A stretch of 64,000 nt of DNA from a virus (lineage: Duplodnaviria; Caudoviricetes), in the IMG/VR virus record IMGVR_UViG_2687453780_000005, positions 52,196 to 116,195 of that record. The stretch is one strand, 5' to 3'. Shown here piece after piece: positions 10,504 through 23,055 of the stretch (position 1 is its first letter; every line of letters starts with the position of its first letter). Under the pieces are notes generated by a model. The model ran no database searches and was not told the DNA's origin. It saw only the letters and a list, made by a program, of their open reading frames with translations. A program made the position numbers and the translations under genes.

Positions 10504-12156
10504 ATGACAATGTTTATATCAAATGCAGATTTTTACCCAACGCCAGGGCATCTTATTGAAAAGATGCTCTTTTCTTTGGACTTTAACAGGATCAAAAGTA
10601 TCTTGGAGCCAGAGGCCGGGAAAGGGGACATAGTAGAAAGATTAAAGGAAAAAGAAAAGTCTATGTCTGACCGTTGGCAGAAGGTTTCCTTTGACATCGA
10701 TTGCGTAGAGCAAGACGAAAATTTACGTCATATTCTCAAAGGTAAAGGATATCGGCTTGTACACAATGATTTTTTAACCTATGAGACTATGAAAGAATAT
10801 GACCTTATAATCATGAATCCTCCTTTCTCTAATGGCTGTAAGCACCTTTTAAAAGCCTTAGAAATGCAGAAACGGAACGGCGGTGCTATTGTTTGTTTAC
10901 TTAATGCTGAAACGCTTAAAAATCAGTGTAATAATGATCGGATAATGCTTACTAGGCTGTTAGAGGAATACAATTCAGATATTGAGTATATAAAAAATGC
11001 ATTTACCGATGCAGAGCGAAAGACAGGCGTTGAAGTTGCCTTAATAAAGGTGCAGCTTCCAGTGGTCAAAAGACAATCATTCATCTTTGACGGACTTAAA
11101 AGGGCACAGGAACAAAGAGAGTGTGAACAAGCAGAAAGCGCCTATTTGGCTGAAAATGATTTGTTTAAATCTATAGTGGGGCAATACAAATTAGAGGTAG
11201 AAGCAGGCATAAAACTGATAAAAGAATACTACGCTATGTATCCTTATATTATGACTTCTTTCGGTAAAGATGAAAAAACTGGCGAGACAGTTCAGAAGGG
11301 CGGATGTATCCTGGATCTTGATTTGTCAATAAATACTGACAAATACAAAAGTGGTTTGTCTGTAAATGGCTATATCCGGGAAGTACGTGGCAAATACTGG
11401 ACAGCGTTATTCCAAAATGAAAAATTTATTGGGCAGCTCACCGGAAACTTGCGGCAAGATTTTTATAATAGACTTGAAGATTTAAAAGACTATGACTTCT
11501 CTTTGTATAATATTTATGAATTAAAAATTGAGATGCAGAAGAAAGTAGTGACCGGGATAGAAGATACTATTATAGCTTTATTTGATGAACTAAGCCATAA
11601 ACACTATTGGGATAAAGATACTTCTAGCAACATTCACTATTATAACGGCTGGAAGACAAATAAAAGCTGGTTTATTAATGAAAAGGTTATTATTCCATTA
11701 TCCGGTTGGGATTCAATATGGAACCAATTCAGGATTAACGATTATCAGATTGTAGAGAAGTTGCAAGATATTGAAAAATGTTTCAACTATCTTGACGGTG
11801 GATTAACTGAGGCCATAGATCTAAAGGAAACGTTGGAGTTTTCTCAAGAATATGGAGAAACAAGAAATATCACGTTGAAGTATTTCAACATAACATTTTA
11901 CAAAAAGGGAACTTGTCACATTATATTTACCAATCCTGAACTTTTAAAAAAGTTCAATATTTTTGGATCACAGAAGAAAGGCTGGCTCCCTCCTTCTTAT
12001 GGCAAGAAGAAATATAAAGACATGACAGCGGAAGAAAAAACCGTTGTGAACGAATTTGAGGGAGAAAAAGAGTATGCCAAGGTAATGAATAACACAAAGT
12101 ATTATTTGTTTGATGGAGACAGAAGCATGAACTTGCTAGAAGATAAAACAGCATAA
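10504..12156 (+). CDS. N6-adenine DNA methyltransferase with DUF4942-like C-terminus
   Basis: FYPTP, ILEPEAGKG (motif I), IIMNPPF (motif IV), C-terminal YFNITFYKKGTCHI. Confidence 0.85.
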   Translation: MTMFISNADFYPTPGHLIEKMLFSLDFNRIKSILEPEAGKGDIVERLKEKEKSMSDRWQKVSFDIDCVEQDENLRHILKGKGYRLVHNDFLTYETMKEYDLIIMNPPFSNGCKHLLKALEMQKRNGGAIVCLLNAETLKNQCNNDRIMLTRLLEEYNSDIEYIKNAFTDAERKTGVEVALIKVQLPVVKRQSFIFDGLKRAQEQRECEQAESAYLAENDLFKSIVGQYKLEVEAGIKLIKEYYAMYPYIMTSFGKDEKTGETVQKGGCILDLDLSINTDKYKSGLSVNGYIREVRGKYWTALFQNEKFIGQLTGNLRQDFYNRLEDLKDYDFSLYNIYELKIEMQKKVVTGIEDTIIALFDELSHKHYWDKDTSSNIHYYNGWKTNKSWFINEKVIIPLSGWDSIWNQFRINDYQIVEKLQDIEKCFNYLDGGLTEAIDLKETLEFSQEYGETRNITLKYFNITFYKKGTCHIIFTNPELLKKFNIFGSQKKGWLPPSYGKKKYKDMTAEEKTVVNEFEGEKEYAKVMNNTKYYLFDGDRSMNLLEDKTA

Positions 12157-12201
12157 AGAAATGAAAAGTAAGTTTCATTTGAGGATTGGAGGCCCAATAA
12201 T

Positions 12202-15200
12202 ATGGAAGTAAACAACTTATCACAGTTAAAGAAAACAATCGCAGAGGGTAAAGAATTTATCATTAAAGACCATAGAATAAAGGAATTTATAGGACAGAGG
12301 CGTAAAGGCAACGTAATACAGACCAATGCAGTATATTTGGTTGTTCCTGGCGAACCTGACAACAAAGTGTCTCAGGCAAATGGAAAGCGTGGTAGCTTCC
12401 TAGAATATGGTAAAGCTTCAGCGTGGGAATTCAATAATAGTTTGTGTACACTTTATAACGGAGAACATAAACCGGAAAATCTGGTGATGTCCTTCGTTTT
12501 TGAATGATTGGAGGAATTAGAATGATAAAATATAAAATGACAATTAATACAGACAAATATGTTTGTAGAAGATGCAGTAAGAAGAATTGGGAACCAGGTA
12601 CAAGGAACGATTATATGCTTGCCATTAATGGTATTACAAGAACATTAAACAGTATGAAAGAGGTAATGTGGCAATTAGAATTATTTCGCGGAAATTCGTT
12701 TCTTTCTTCTGAATATGACGAAGAAAAGAACAAAGAAGAGAACTTTCACTTGTCGGATAAATATGTTGCATTTTTGAAAAAGAATACAATAACATATCAT
12801 GATAGATTGTGCGGATTTGATAGAACACAATATTTGTCAGGATACGGGTGGATGCAAGGCTATTTTTGCATAGGCAATGTTTTGAGGGAATTAAAAGAAA
12901 ATGGATCAGTTAAAGTACCTTTTGAATGGCTTTATGATATGAGGCAGTACTATAAAGGTATGAATGGTTGTTATATGGAAATTAAAAGAGTCAGTTAAAA
13001 GACGAATCAGGTTAAAAACGCAATTTCAAGTGAAGATGGAGGAAAATATGGTTAATATGAATATGAAAATTTTAGATGTAACTCATGCTGTGTTAGATTA
13101 CCGGGCATATATTATTTCTGATAACATAGTGACGAATAAAATTGATATGTCTAAATTCGATAAAGATAAATTGACATTTGAATATTATTGTTCTTTACCG
13201 CTTCCTGATGGGATGAATAAGAACCACTCTGATTTTCAGAGAATTTTAAACTATAAGAATTGGGAACGGCTTACAGAATTAGACAATACAGAAGAAAAGG
13301 ACTTGTGTCGTTATGTTTGGAAAATTGAATGATGTCTTTCATTAGAAATCTGGAGGTTGATTTTATGAAAAGAAAAACATATAACAATGTCCTTAAAGCT
13401 GGAAATCTTATTCAGAAAAAAGGATATGACGAAAAAGAAGCATTGGAACTTGCAGTAAGATTATTTGATAATTTACCAAAAGGGAAGGACGTTGAATTTA
13501 TAATTGATAAGGTAGCGACTAAAGAAAAGTGGTTAGATGATCAACGGAAATATGGATATTTATTTCAGGGTGGTATGAAAAGTTATCCATCTGGATATTA
13601 GGATGAAATGCACGTTTGATGGTGAGCGATCGAAGAATATTTAACCGGTTGCTTTTATTATGCTCAAAATCAAGAAGGAGATTGTAATGGAGAAGTTTAC
13701 AAATAAAGATCTGGAAATTATCAGCAATGGTTTATTATGCCTTATTGGGAATGCAGCGAAGGCAAAGGAGCTTGTGCTTGATAGCGCTTCACTGAATAGC
13801 ATTGATGAATATATGAGAACTTTACAGGTGCTTAATTCAAAGGTTTGCAGATTTGACAGAAGTGAAGGTTATGATAAAACTGAGAAAAATATGCTGAAAC
13901 ATGAGCATGAACCATTATGTTGCCTAAATTGTAGATTTTATGATAAGAACGATCAGATCAATGCTTTTGGTACATGTGAGCCACAAGATGAGGATTTTCA
14001 TTGTACGTATGAGTGCAACTTATCTCAAGAGGAAATTAAAGAATTGGAAGGCCTCACGGGACACAGTAGATAACATGAAATACATGATTTAACGGTTTAT
14101 AGACCAGAAGGGAATTGATAATATGAAAAAATTATGGGCTAGGCTAGGTGTGATTTTTGAAGTAAACGACGAGGACTACAAATTGATTGATAAGGCAATG
14201 AAAAATAAAGATAATATAAAAGTAAGGGAAATTTTATCAAACAGTAAAAACTATGTTGGTGGAGATAGTTATTTTCCGTCTGACTGTGAAGACAATCCAA
14301 ACGAGGAAGAGTATGATTTCTAAAATCAAATTGTAAATCGATAGTCTTTTTAAAAAGCCAGAAAGAGGGTAATTATGAAAATAAATATTAGAGGTAAAGA
14401 AACAAGCAACGGTACATTGGAAAAGGTTAAATTTGACACAGAAAAGAAAGTATATATGACTGGTAAATATAATGTTATCGGTGGAGATATTCTCATACAG
14501 GCAACGTCAAATAAGGAAGTAAAGGACATTATAAAAGATTTAAAAATACAAGGTTTTCAATTAGTAGATGAATTGTAATAGCAAATCAAAAATAGAATTG
14601 AAGGGAGCACGGATTATAAGAAACAATATATCACTTATATCTGTGAAAAGTGTAATAAGGAATCTAGGAACGCAAACGATATAGAAGAGTGTGAAGCAGG
14701 ACATTTAGGACTTACGATTGACGAAAAATTAAAGTATGATGCTCTACAAGAAATTGTTAGAAGACGAAGCTATACTGTTAGCGTAACCAAAAATGAAAAG
14801 ACTGATAAAGAATTTGAAGATGCAATTATTGAAATCCTTGCGTTTGAAAGAAAGCATGGAATAATCAAGTAGCTACATGAAAGACAGGTTTCAATCCTAT
14901 AGTTATCGGTAAGCTTAAACCGTTAGAGAGGTGAGAATATGGATAGTCATTTAGCAGTACATTTTTATTCATTGAAAACAGGGGCTTATTGCGGAGAGGG
15001 ATTTTTAATGCCAAATATGGATTTTTTTGAAACAGTATATGTACCAAAACATTTTCCAGAAGCCATTAAAATAGATACCAATAAATACAAAATTGATGAT
15101 GGACAATATATTTGTTGTGAACCATCATTTATGGCACACATTTTAAAGGCGAAAGAGAGGGAAATGTAATGATCAAATGCAGCTATAAATTAAATGATGT

Positions 15201-18200
15201 ATATGTTGATGGTTATGGATATGAACACTATATATCAAATAAGGAATTACTTATAGAAAAGTGTTGTAATCTTGAAGTAGGGGAAGGCTTTGACTGGAAT
15301 GAATTTGACGATGGCGAAGTATTAACTAGTTATAGGGTTGATAAAATCGAATGGCACGACTCAGTGGTTATATTAATTGGAGGATACGGAGGATTCACAT
15401 TAAGTTGTTATTGTGAAAGTGAAAAATGTTGTGATAAATATGATATCACTGAAACGATTAAAGAATTTTTCGATAACAGAGTTATAGATAGTGATGAAAT
15501 TATTTTAATTAGTAAATAAGGAGGATTCTATGGTAAATACAATCAATGACTATGATAATTCATACAGTTATCAGCGCCTGAAACGGCGTAAGCAACGTAG
15601 AAATACAATCATATGGCAGCGAGTCATGGGAAGCATTTTAATTGTGCTTTCTATTTTTATACCTTATTTACTATCAGACCAGGATGGAAACGGTGCTATT
15701 GCACTTATAGCGTTAATTATAAGCGTAGTATTATTTACACAAACGGGAGGATATGAGCACAAATGAAATTTTATTATGAACTAGATAAAGATGGGCAAAT
15801 CAAAATGTCTATAAATGGAAAGTACATAGGTACATTCAGTAATTTCACAGAAATATATGCTTTACATACTCTTATTTGAAAAATACATAGCCTTGTCGGT
15901 GATCTGGAAGGATAGATCGTGCTGCAAAAGTAAACAAGGCATTCCCGGCAGTCTGAAAGTGATTGCTGCTTACCACAGATAATTAGTGGTTGACCTGGCG
16001 TAAGCCACTAACCGCACATAATTAGCGGTATATTATTTATAGGAGGTGTTTCGTATGGAATATAGAGAATTAGAGCAATGTGAGGATTTTGACAAGCTGG
16101 AAGCAGTGTTTGACGATAATATGCTTAACTATTATGAAAAGCAGCTAGAAGGCTATTTGAGCGGATCAGAGGAGCGGCCGGTGGTTGCTTGTTGGTGGGA
16201 AGGTGCCATGAGTACAGAGGACTTTATAGAAATGTATGTATCTTAATGGAAAAAATTGGTAGTTAATTGTTAAGGAATAGATTGTATAATTAAGAAAAAA
16301 CTACCAAGGAGAAGGTGCTATGAGAGTAGTAAGAACACTTGAGTATATTTACAATAAAGATTTAAACAATTATCTAGCATTAAAATTTGCTTATGCTTCC
16401 AATAAGGGGATGGAAGTGGAAATTGAGCTTACAGAACCAATTATTGATCTACTTATTGAATTTAAGGATTATAAAAAAATCTTAGACAAGGCATTCAAGT
16501 ATGCATTTAGAACAGTTAAAAAGTGTGATGAAAAGAAACTAGTTTTTTGCATGTTTTATAATTATGGTCATTTATATTTGGCTATAATTTATCCTGCTTT
16601 TACTAAAACGGATAGAATGGTATTTGCGAAAGATATTGAAAAAAAGATGTATCGAGTTATAAAAAAATATGAAAACGTTCATCAACATATTGTAAATGAG
16701 AAATCTAAAATTGCACATCAAATAGCAATAGCATGTAACGATCAGGATATAGTTTTTTATTAAAGAGGAACCTTTGGGCTCCTTTTTTAGTGGGTAAAAT
16801 TAATATTTTGGTAAGAAGAGGAGAAAATGATATGAGCATTAAATCTAATAGTAAAAGAAAAGAAGTTATTCGTTTAATATTGCAGGAAGGTTTTCTTCCA
16901 CTGAATATGCAAATTATAAGAGAAGATTCAGATTTCAGAGCAGCCATGTACGAGATGATAGCGGAAGGCACGTTAAGATTTAGGAATTGTGAGGGTGCTG
17001 CCGTTGAATTAAATGAGGCGTAGTTGAAAGGAGAAAATAATGAACAAATATAACGTGCAAGTAATATTAAGACCTGTAAGGACAGATTTGGGTAGAGGAA
17101 GTAGGCGATTAAATATTATATTTGATGCTAAATCAAAAGAAGAAGCAGAAGATTTTGGAAAACAATATTTTGAAGGATTTTTACGTGATGGCGTTGAAAT
17201 TATAACTAACGCCACTATCACAACTGGGTAAGTGAGATGCTACTGAATCAAAAGATATTCAGTTAAAAGAGATATTTTATAGAAAGGATTAAAATATGTG
17301 CAAAGATTGTTATTTTGTGGATAAAGGGGAAGATGGAAGATTTCTCTGTACGTGTGAATCTAGCGAGAAACTTTATAAATACGTATCAGATATTTTTGTT
17401 TGTGATGAGTATGTAACAAAAATCGCACATGATTATAGGACAATGAATCCATTTGAATTTGCATCAAAGTATTATGGATAAAAACAAGATTTGATCTTGA
17501 AGAGAGGTGACTACAATGTCGTTTTATTTTCCGATGATATCAAGCGATATCGAGAGAAAAGAATATAAGCAGAGGGTAGATGAAAAACTAGAAGATCTTT
17601 ATGAGGATCTAAAATGGTTGATACATTGGGAAGATACTTTTAATTCAGAGGTTAGTTTTTATAGAGATGAAAACATGGTATCTGATTATACATATTTAAA
17701 AAATGTAATTGATAAAATATTAAAAAGGAGAATAAAAAAATGAGCAAATTAAGAGTGTGGTGGATTCCACAGATAGGTATTAAAGAGACATTTTATATCC
17801 CAGTAAACACACCGGAGGAAGGGAAGAAATTTTTAGATGCCTTGGCTGCATATGACGCTTTTCAGTTGCAGAATAATGTAAAACCAGATTATTGCAACGT
17901 CGGAGGGCTACAGATGTTTGATGAAAGCGAACAGGAATGGAATGATTGGTGCCTAGAGTACTACGATGATGTAGATGATTATTGTGAATCAAAAGATTGT
18001 CAACTAAGAGAAGAGCTGACACGGTTTAATCAGGAATTATTTGAACAAATTGATTGGAACAGATGCAAATAAATCCACAATTTAAAGCAGGAAAGGATAA
18101 CACATGAATAAGAAATTTTACGAATATTCAAATGCGTCTAGATATCCGACTGTAAATGAAGTTGTATCTCCTCATTGTCCTACTGGTGAAGACGATCCTG

Positions 18201-18343
18201 TTACATTTCTAGCATATGCAGAAGGTAGGAAAGCAGCTTTTTATCTGGCTATGGCTCATATTTACGATGGGAAGCCTCTACAAAGGTTCTATGGAGAATA
18301 TAATGGTGAGAATTACCACGGAGAGGTATCGTGTGTAATGTAA
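12202..18343 (+). other. Array of about 20 small hypothetical phage ORFs
   Basis: Co-oriented ORFs of 60-165 aa with RBS; junction palindromes at most boundaries. Confidence 0.7.
15890..16029 (+). ncRNA. GC-rich multi-hairpin intergenic element, candidate structured RNA
   Basis: GCCTTGT/ACAAGGC closing stem enclosing GATCT/AGATC; further stems TTAGTGG/CCACTAA and ACCGC/GCGGT. Confidence 0.35.
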
Positions 18344-18552
18344 ATGAAATCAGGATTTTAAAGGAGGTTTAAATGAAAATTGGAAAAGTAGACTTATCAC
18401 CGCTATATGACTACTTGAATGGAAGCCAAATCGAGGGAGAAAGAGTAGTAGTTTATGACAACAGCAACGCTAAACATGTGTGGAACTATAGGGGTGGTAA
18501 ATATATAACCGAATAAACCGAGATTAGTCGGAATAAATACGGAGGTAAAACA

Positions 18553-19581
18553 ATGACATATCACGAACAGAATGATATCCAGAATATAAAAAAACTTAGA
18601 AGTATTATATCCGCTTTGCCAGCTTATTGTGAAGACTTCTTTCGAGGAATCGAGCCGAGAACTTCTTCCAAGACAAGGATTGCTTATGCCGGTTATTTAA
18701 GGCTCTTCTTTGATTATTTAATTAGAAGCAGTAAAGCTACAAATATGGAGTCAATTACTCTTGATGTGTTGGAAAACCTGAAAGTCATTGATTTTGAAAA
18801 ATATATGGAATGGCTAAAATGTTGGAGTGATGATTCAGGGAATGAAAATACAAACGGGGAATATAGCCTAAAGAGCAAAATATCGGCATTAAGAGCATTC
18901 TACAAATATCTTTATCAGAATGAGAGGATAAAGAATAACGTAGCGTCGCTTGTGCAGCTTCCCAAATTGCATGACAAAGAAATAGTACGTCTTGACAGTG
19001 ACGAAATGAAAGCATTTATCCAGGTTGTAGAAACTGGTGAAGGTTTAGAAGGAAGAGAACGTGCCTTCTTTGAATTGACCCGGAAGCGAGACTTAGCAAT
19101 AATTATGTTGCTGCTCACTACGGGAATCCGTGTTTCAGAATGTGTTGGTTTAGACATCAAAGATGCGGATTTCAAAAAAAGCGGGATTAGAATATACCGG
19201 AAGGGAGGAAAAGAAGAAACCGTATATTTTAGCGATGATGCCAGAGAAGTCTTAGAATCTTATATAGAAGAAAGAAAACAAGCAGAGGCAATCAAAGGGC
19301 ATGAAAATGCTCTATTTTTATCTTTGCAGAACAAACGGATATCAACCAGAAGCGTAGAAGATTTAATTCCTAAGTATGCAAGGTTGGCAGGAATCCAGAA
19401 GAAGGTTACTCCTCATACACTACGTAGAAGCTATGGAACGGCCTTATATAACGCCACAGGGGACATTTACCTAGTCGCTGGTACATTGGGCCACGCAGAT
19501 GTGAACACCGCCAAACGGCACTATGTGGCATTAGAAGACGAGAAAAAAAGAGAAAATAGGAACGCTGTTAAACTGAGATAG
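18553..19581 (+). CDS. XerC/XerD-like tyrosine recombinase
   Basis: SAM-like N-terminus; catalytic set GIRVSE (R), RKGGK (K), HTLRR, LGH, RHY. Confidence 0.92.
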   Translation: MTYHEQNDIQNIKKLRSIISALPAYCEDFFRGIEPRTSSKTRIAYAGYLRLFFDYLIRSSKATNMESITLDVLENLKVIDFEKYMEWLKCWSDDSGNENTNGEYSLKSKISALRAFYKYLYQNERIKNNVASLVQLPKLHDKEIVRLDSDEMKAFIQVVETGEGLEGRERAFFELTRKRDLAIIMLLLTTGIRVSECVGLDIKDADFKKSGIRIYRKGGKEETVYFSDDAREVLESYIEERKQAEAIKGHENALFLSLQNKRISTRSVEDLIPKYARLAGIQKKVTPHTLRRSYGTALYNATGDIYLVAGTLGHADVNTAKRHYVALEDEKKRENRNAVKLR

Positions 19582-19751
19582 AAGACATGTTAAATGAGAA
19601 TGGAGAAAAATAATATGAACAAGAATAATCAGCTGGTATTAGATCCGGGAGATAAGATAATTTGTAATGAAAACGATCCACATGTATGGTATGATAATAT
19701 GAAAGAAGCACTTGAAAACGCAGGATTTACACTATCGAAGGAGGTGGCATA

Positions 19752-22339
19752 ATGGCAGGACTTATTGTTATTATTTTAATGGTTGCATATTACAAATATG
19801 CAACTCGTAGGCCGAGATATGGCACTCAAGAGTATCTTGATTGGAAATATAAGAATTATCCAGGCGGTGGCGAGTATATGAAATCATTAGAAAAGAAGAA
19901 TATGACATGCTCATATGGGGATATCCTGATGACACCATCTGAAAAAGCGGCCTATAATAAGCACGAAAAAGAAAATGGAAGACCTGGAATTGAATAATCT
20001 AAAATTGCAAGTAATCCTAGATTTTACTGTGTTGCATGGTTAAAAGGATTGTTTTATTGTAAAAGGAGTAAATATTATGAGCGAATATAAAAAAGAGCAA
20101 ACAAAATTTGGTGAAAAGACAACTCATCCTGCGTACGGTATGTTATCATTTAGCAGAAGAACCGGTAGTAAAACTCCCTTGTTTGGTAGCAGCATAGAAC
20201 ACAGAGATACGATTGCTATGACGCTTACACATGGAGATATTACCAGAGGTTTAAACTCAGATTGGTATCATGGTAACGAAATTATTGCTGAAGTTGAAAT
20301 GAGTTATTCTCAATTTGCAGAAGCAATCACATCTATGAATATGGGAAGTGGAGTTCCAGTTACTGTACGACGAACTGAAAAAGACGGTAGGATACCAGAA
20401 TGTGATTTTGTAAATAAGAAGGAACAGTTTCAAGATGAATTAAAAGAAAGATTATCAAATGCAACAAAAATGTCTCGCTGTTTGATTAAAGAAGTCCAAA
20501 CGCTTTTTGATGAAGAGAAAACGTTGACTAAGTCAGACAAAGCAGAAATTATTAATAAACTCACGAAAGTATCTTCTGAAATTAATGGCAATGTTAATTT
20601 TACTTACGAGATGTTTAATGAGCAGATGGATAAGACGGTTATGGAAGCTAAAGGTGAGATCGAAGCATTTTATCAGAATAAGATAAATTCGATTGCACAA
20701 GCTACTTTGGTAGAGCATAAAGATTACTTAGTTGGATTAGAAAATCCGGTTGAAGTTGACTTGAAATGATTATTTGATTGGGGGATAAAGAGTGAAAGAT
20801 CAGTTAAGCAGGATCAATAATAAAGTACAAGTAACTGGGAGTCTTGATAGGTTAAGACTAGCTCTTCTGCTTAATGATGTTAAAGAAAACCCAGATAAAT
20901 ATCCGCGTGATACAAATGATTGGGTAGAGTGGTTAAATAGAAGACAGTTGGGATAGAGTTAATCGAACATATCATTGAATCGGATAAGTTATTAGATGGA
21001 TTATATAAAGATGAAGATCAGTTAAAATAATAGTTTTAAATCTAACGTGGAGGATTTATATGAGTAACAATATATTTACGAAGCCAGAGCGTCCATTTCT
21101 GCTAATATATGAAGATGAGGAGCATAATGTAAGTTATTCTTGGCTTGAAACAGTAGAAGAATTACTAGAAGTTGCAAAAGAAATTAGAGGTAGTGATGGA
21201 AGAATCATAAATTCTATAGAAATTGGAAGTAGTCGAGAGGTTAATAGTGAAGATGTTATCCGAGATGCAGGAAATTTTGTCGAAAATGTTATTTCTACTT
21301 ATCAAAGAGCATGTGAGCTGGGATTTGATAGCATTGTGATTGCAATAGATACAGATATCGAAAAAGCATATTATATTAATGATACCGAAAATGGATTCCA
21401 GTGCGATAATTTTGACTATTACTTTGATGATATAGATTCAATTGCAGAAGAACTGTTTAATGAAATACATGGAAATGTCACAGAGATAAGAATAGAGTAG
21501 GAGAAATGAAATGGCAAGATATAGGGTAGGGGCTTTAGTAAGTTCTATGATTTATGACGAATTTGATGCAGATAATGAAGAACAGGCAAAGGAAATGATG
21601 TGTGATAAATATGGAGATATGTCTATTACCTTGTGTGCACATTGCTCAACTAAAATTGATGGTTTGTCAGTAAGTGAAAATACTGAAGATTATGAAGTTG
21701 AAGAAATAAATAAGCAGGATGAAATTTGAGTTTGAATTAGAAAGGTTGTGATTTATTTGCAAGAACAATATAGACTTGTTAAAGACTTAAATACAGAAGA
21801 TACATGGGAATTTGATAAAGGAAATGCCACTCTTAAAAAAGGACTCATGTGTTATTTAGACACTTGGGAAAGATGTCCGACTATTATGTATGATGGAAAG
21901 GCTATTTGTGATTTTGATAGTAAGATGGCTAACGAATGTTTTGAAAAGGTTAATGAAATCTAAGATTCATATGGAGAAGGGGCATAATATGTACATAATT
22001 AAAGATAGCAACGACAGGTATTTTGTACAGTGGATTGGTAGCATACCGGTTTTTAATGGGGATATATCTTCTGCAAAAGTACTTAATGAGAAAGATGCAA
22101 ATAAGGCAATAAGATCGTTGAAAATGATAATTAAAGGTAATTACGAAAAAATATTGTGCGATGAGGAATTTATAAAAAGGATGAATAGGGATAATCCTGA
22201 GTGGTATCGTCAACAGATAGAAGAATTACTGAAGCAATATGAACAGAAATCAAAAGACACCTATAATTCCAATGGAGGAGCGTATTTGATATACAAACAA
22301 ATTATTGACGATTTGGAAACGGTTTTATATAGTAATTAG
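19752..22339 (+). other. Cluster of hypothetical phage ORFs (19752-19997, 20077-20769, 21060-21500, 21511-21729, 21748-21963, to 22339)
   Basis: Co-oriented ORFs with RBS and junction palindromes. Confidence 0.65.
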
Positions 22340-22390
22340 GACTTTGGAGGTGAATGGTATCTCGTAGTAAGGGTCATAGTAAAGTTTTTA

Positions 22391-22465
22391 CAAATAAATA
22401 AAGAAAACTGTTGACATGGTGTGAAATTAGTGATATAGTTACGTCAGATGGAAATAAAGAAAACC
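22391..22465 (+). promoter_or_regulatory. Sigma-A promoter flanked by two AAATAAAGAAAAC motifs
   Basis: TTGACA 22411-22416, 17 bp, TG-n-TATAGT 22434-22439; motifs near 22396 and at 22452. Confidence 0.82.
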
Positions 22466-22503
22466 AAAAAAACAGATTGGTATGAAAAGGAGGATATGTA
22501 TAA

Positions 22504-23055
22504 GTGTCAACAGTAAAAGTGATTGGAAATAATGTGTGTTTATTAAATAATGATAGGGTGGTTCACAGCAGGAGCATAGCGGAAACTATATATTGCGGAG
22601 AGGTGAGATATGCATATCTTCCCAAAATGCCTACTGTTGAGGGATTAAAGTTCCACATTCAAGAGAAAGCAAGACCTGTTTTGATCGTATCAAACAACGC
22701 TAACAATAGAGCCACCAACGGTAACGTCCAAGTTATTCCGTTTACATCAAAAGACAAGACCAGTTTGCCAACTCATTTATCATTCAAGGCAGGAGAATTT
22801 GGGCTTGCAGAAGATTCAATTTTGATGGCCGAGTGTGAGACGCAGATTCCAGCAATGTTTGTTTTTGAAAAAATCGGCGAAGTAAATGATAATAAAATTA
22901 TTGAAGATATCGTCCAAACGATAATTATTCAGCATGGCTTGTTTGCAAAACTTATGAAAAAGAGATATAATAAGTCGAATGTGAACCGATCAGTGTCTGA
23001 TTATAAGGTTATCGAAGGGAGAAAACATAATGACTTCGAAAGAAATATTGGATAA
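22504..23055 (+). CDS. PemK/MazF-family endoribonuclease-like protein
   Basis: GEVRYAYLP...IQEKARPVLIVSNNANN...VIPFTSKDKTSLPTH...DSILMAE MazF pattern. Confidence 0.8.
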   Translation: MSTVKVIGNNVCLLNNDRVVHSRSIAETIYCGEVRYAYLPKMPTVEGLKFHIQEKARPVLIVSNNANNRATNGNVQVIPFTSKDKTSLPTHLSFKAGEFGLAEDSILMAECETQIPAMFVFEKIGEVNDNKIIEDIVQTIIIQHGLFAKLMKKRYNKSNVNRSVSDYKVIEGRKHNDFERNIG

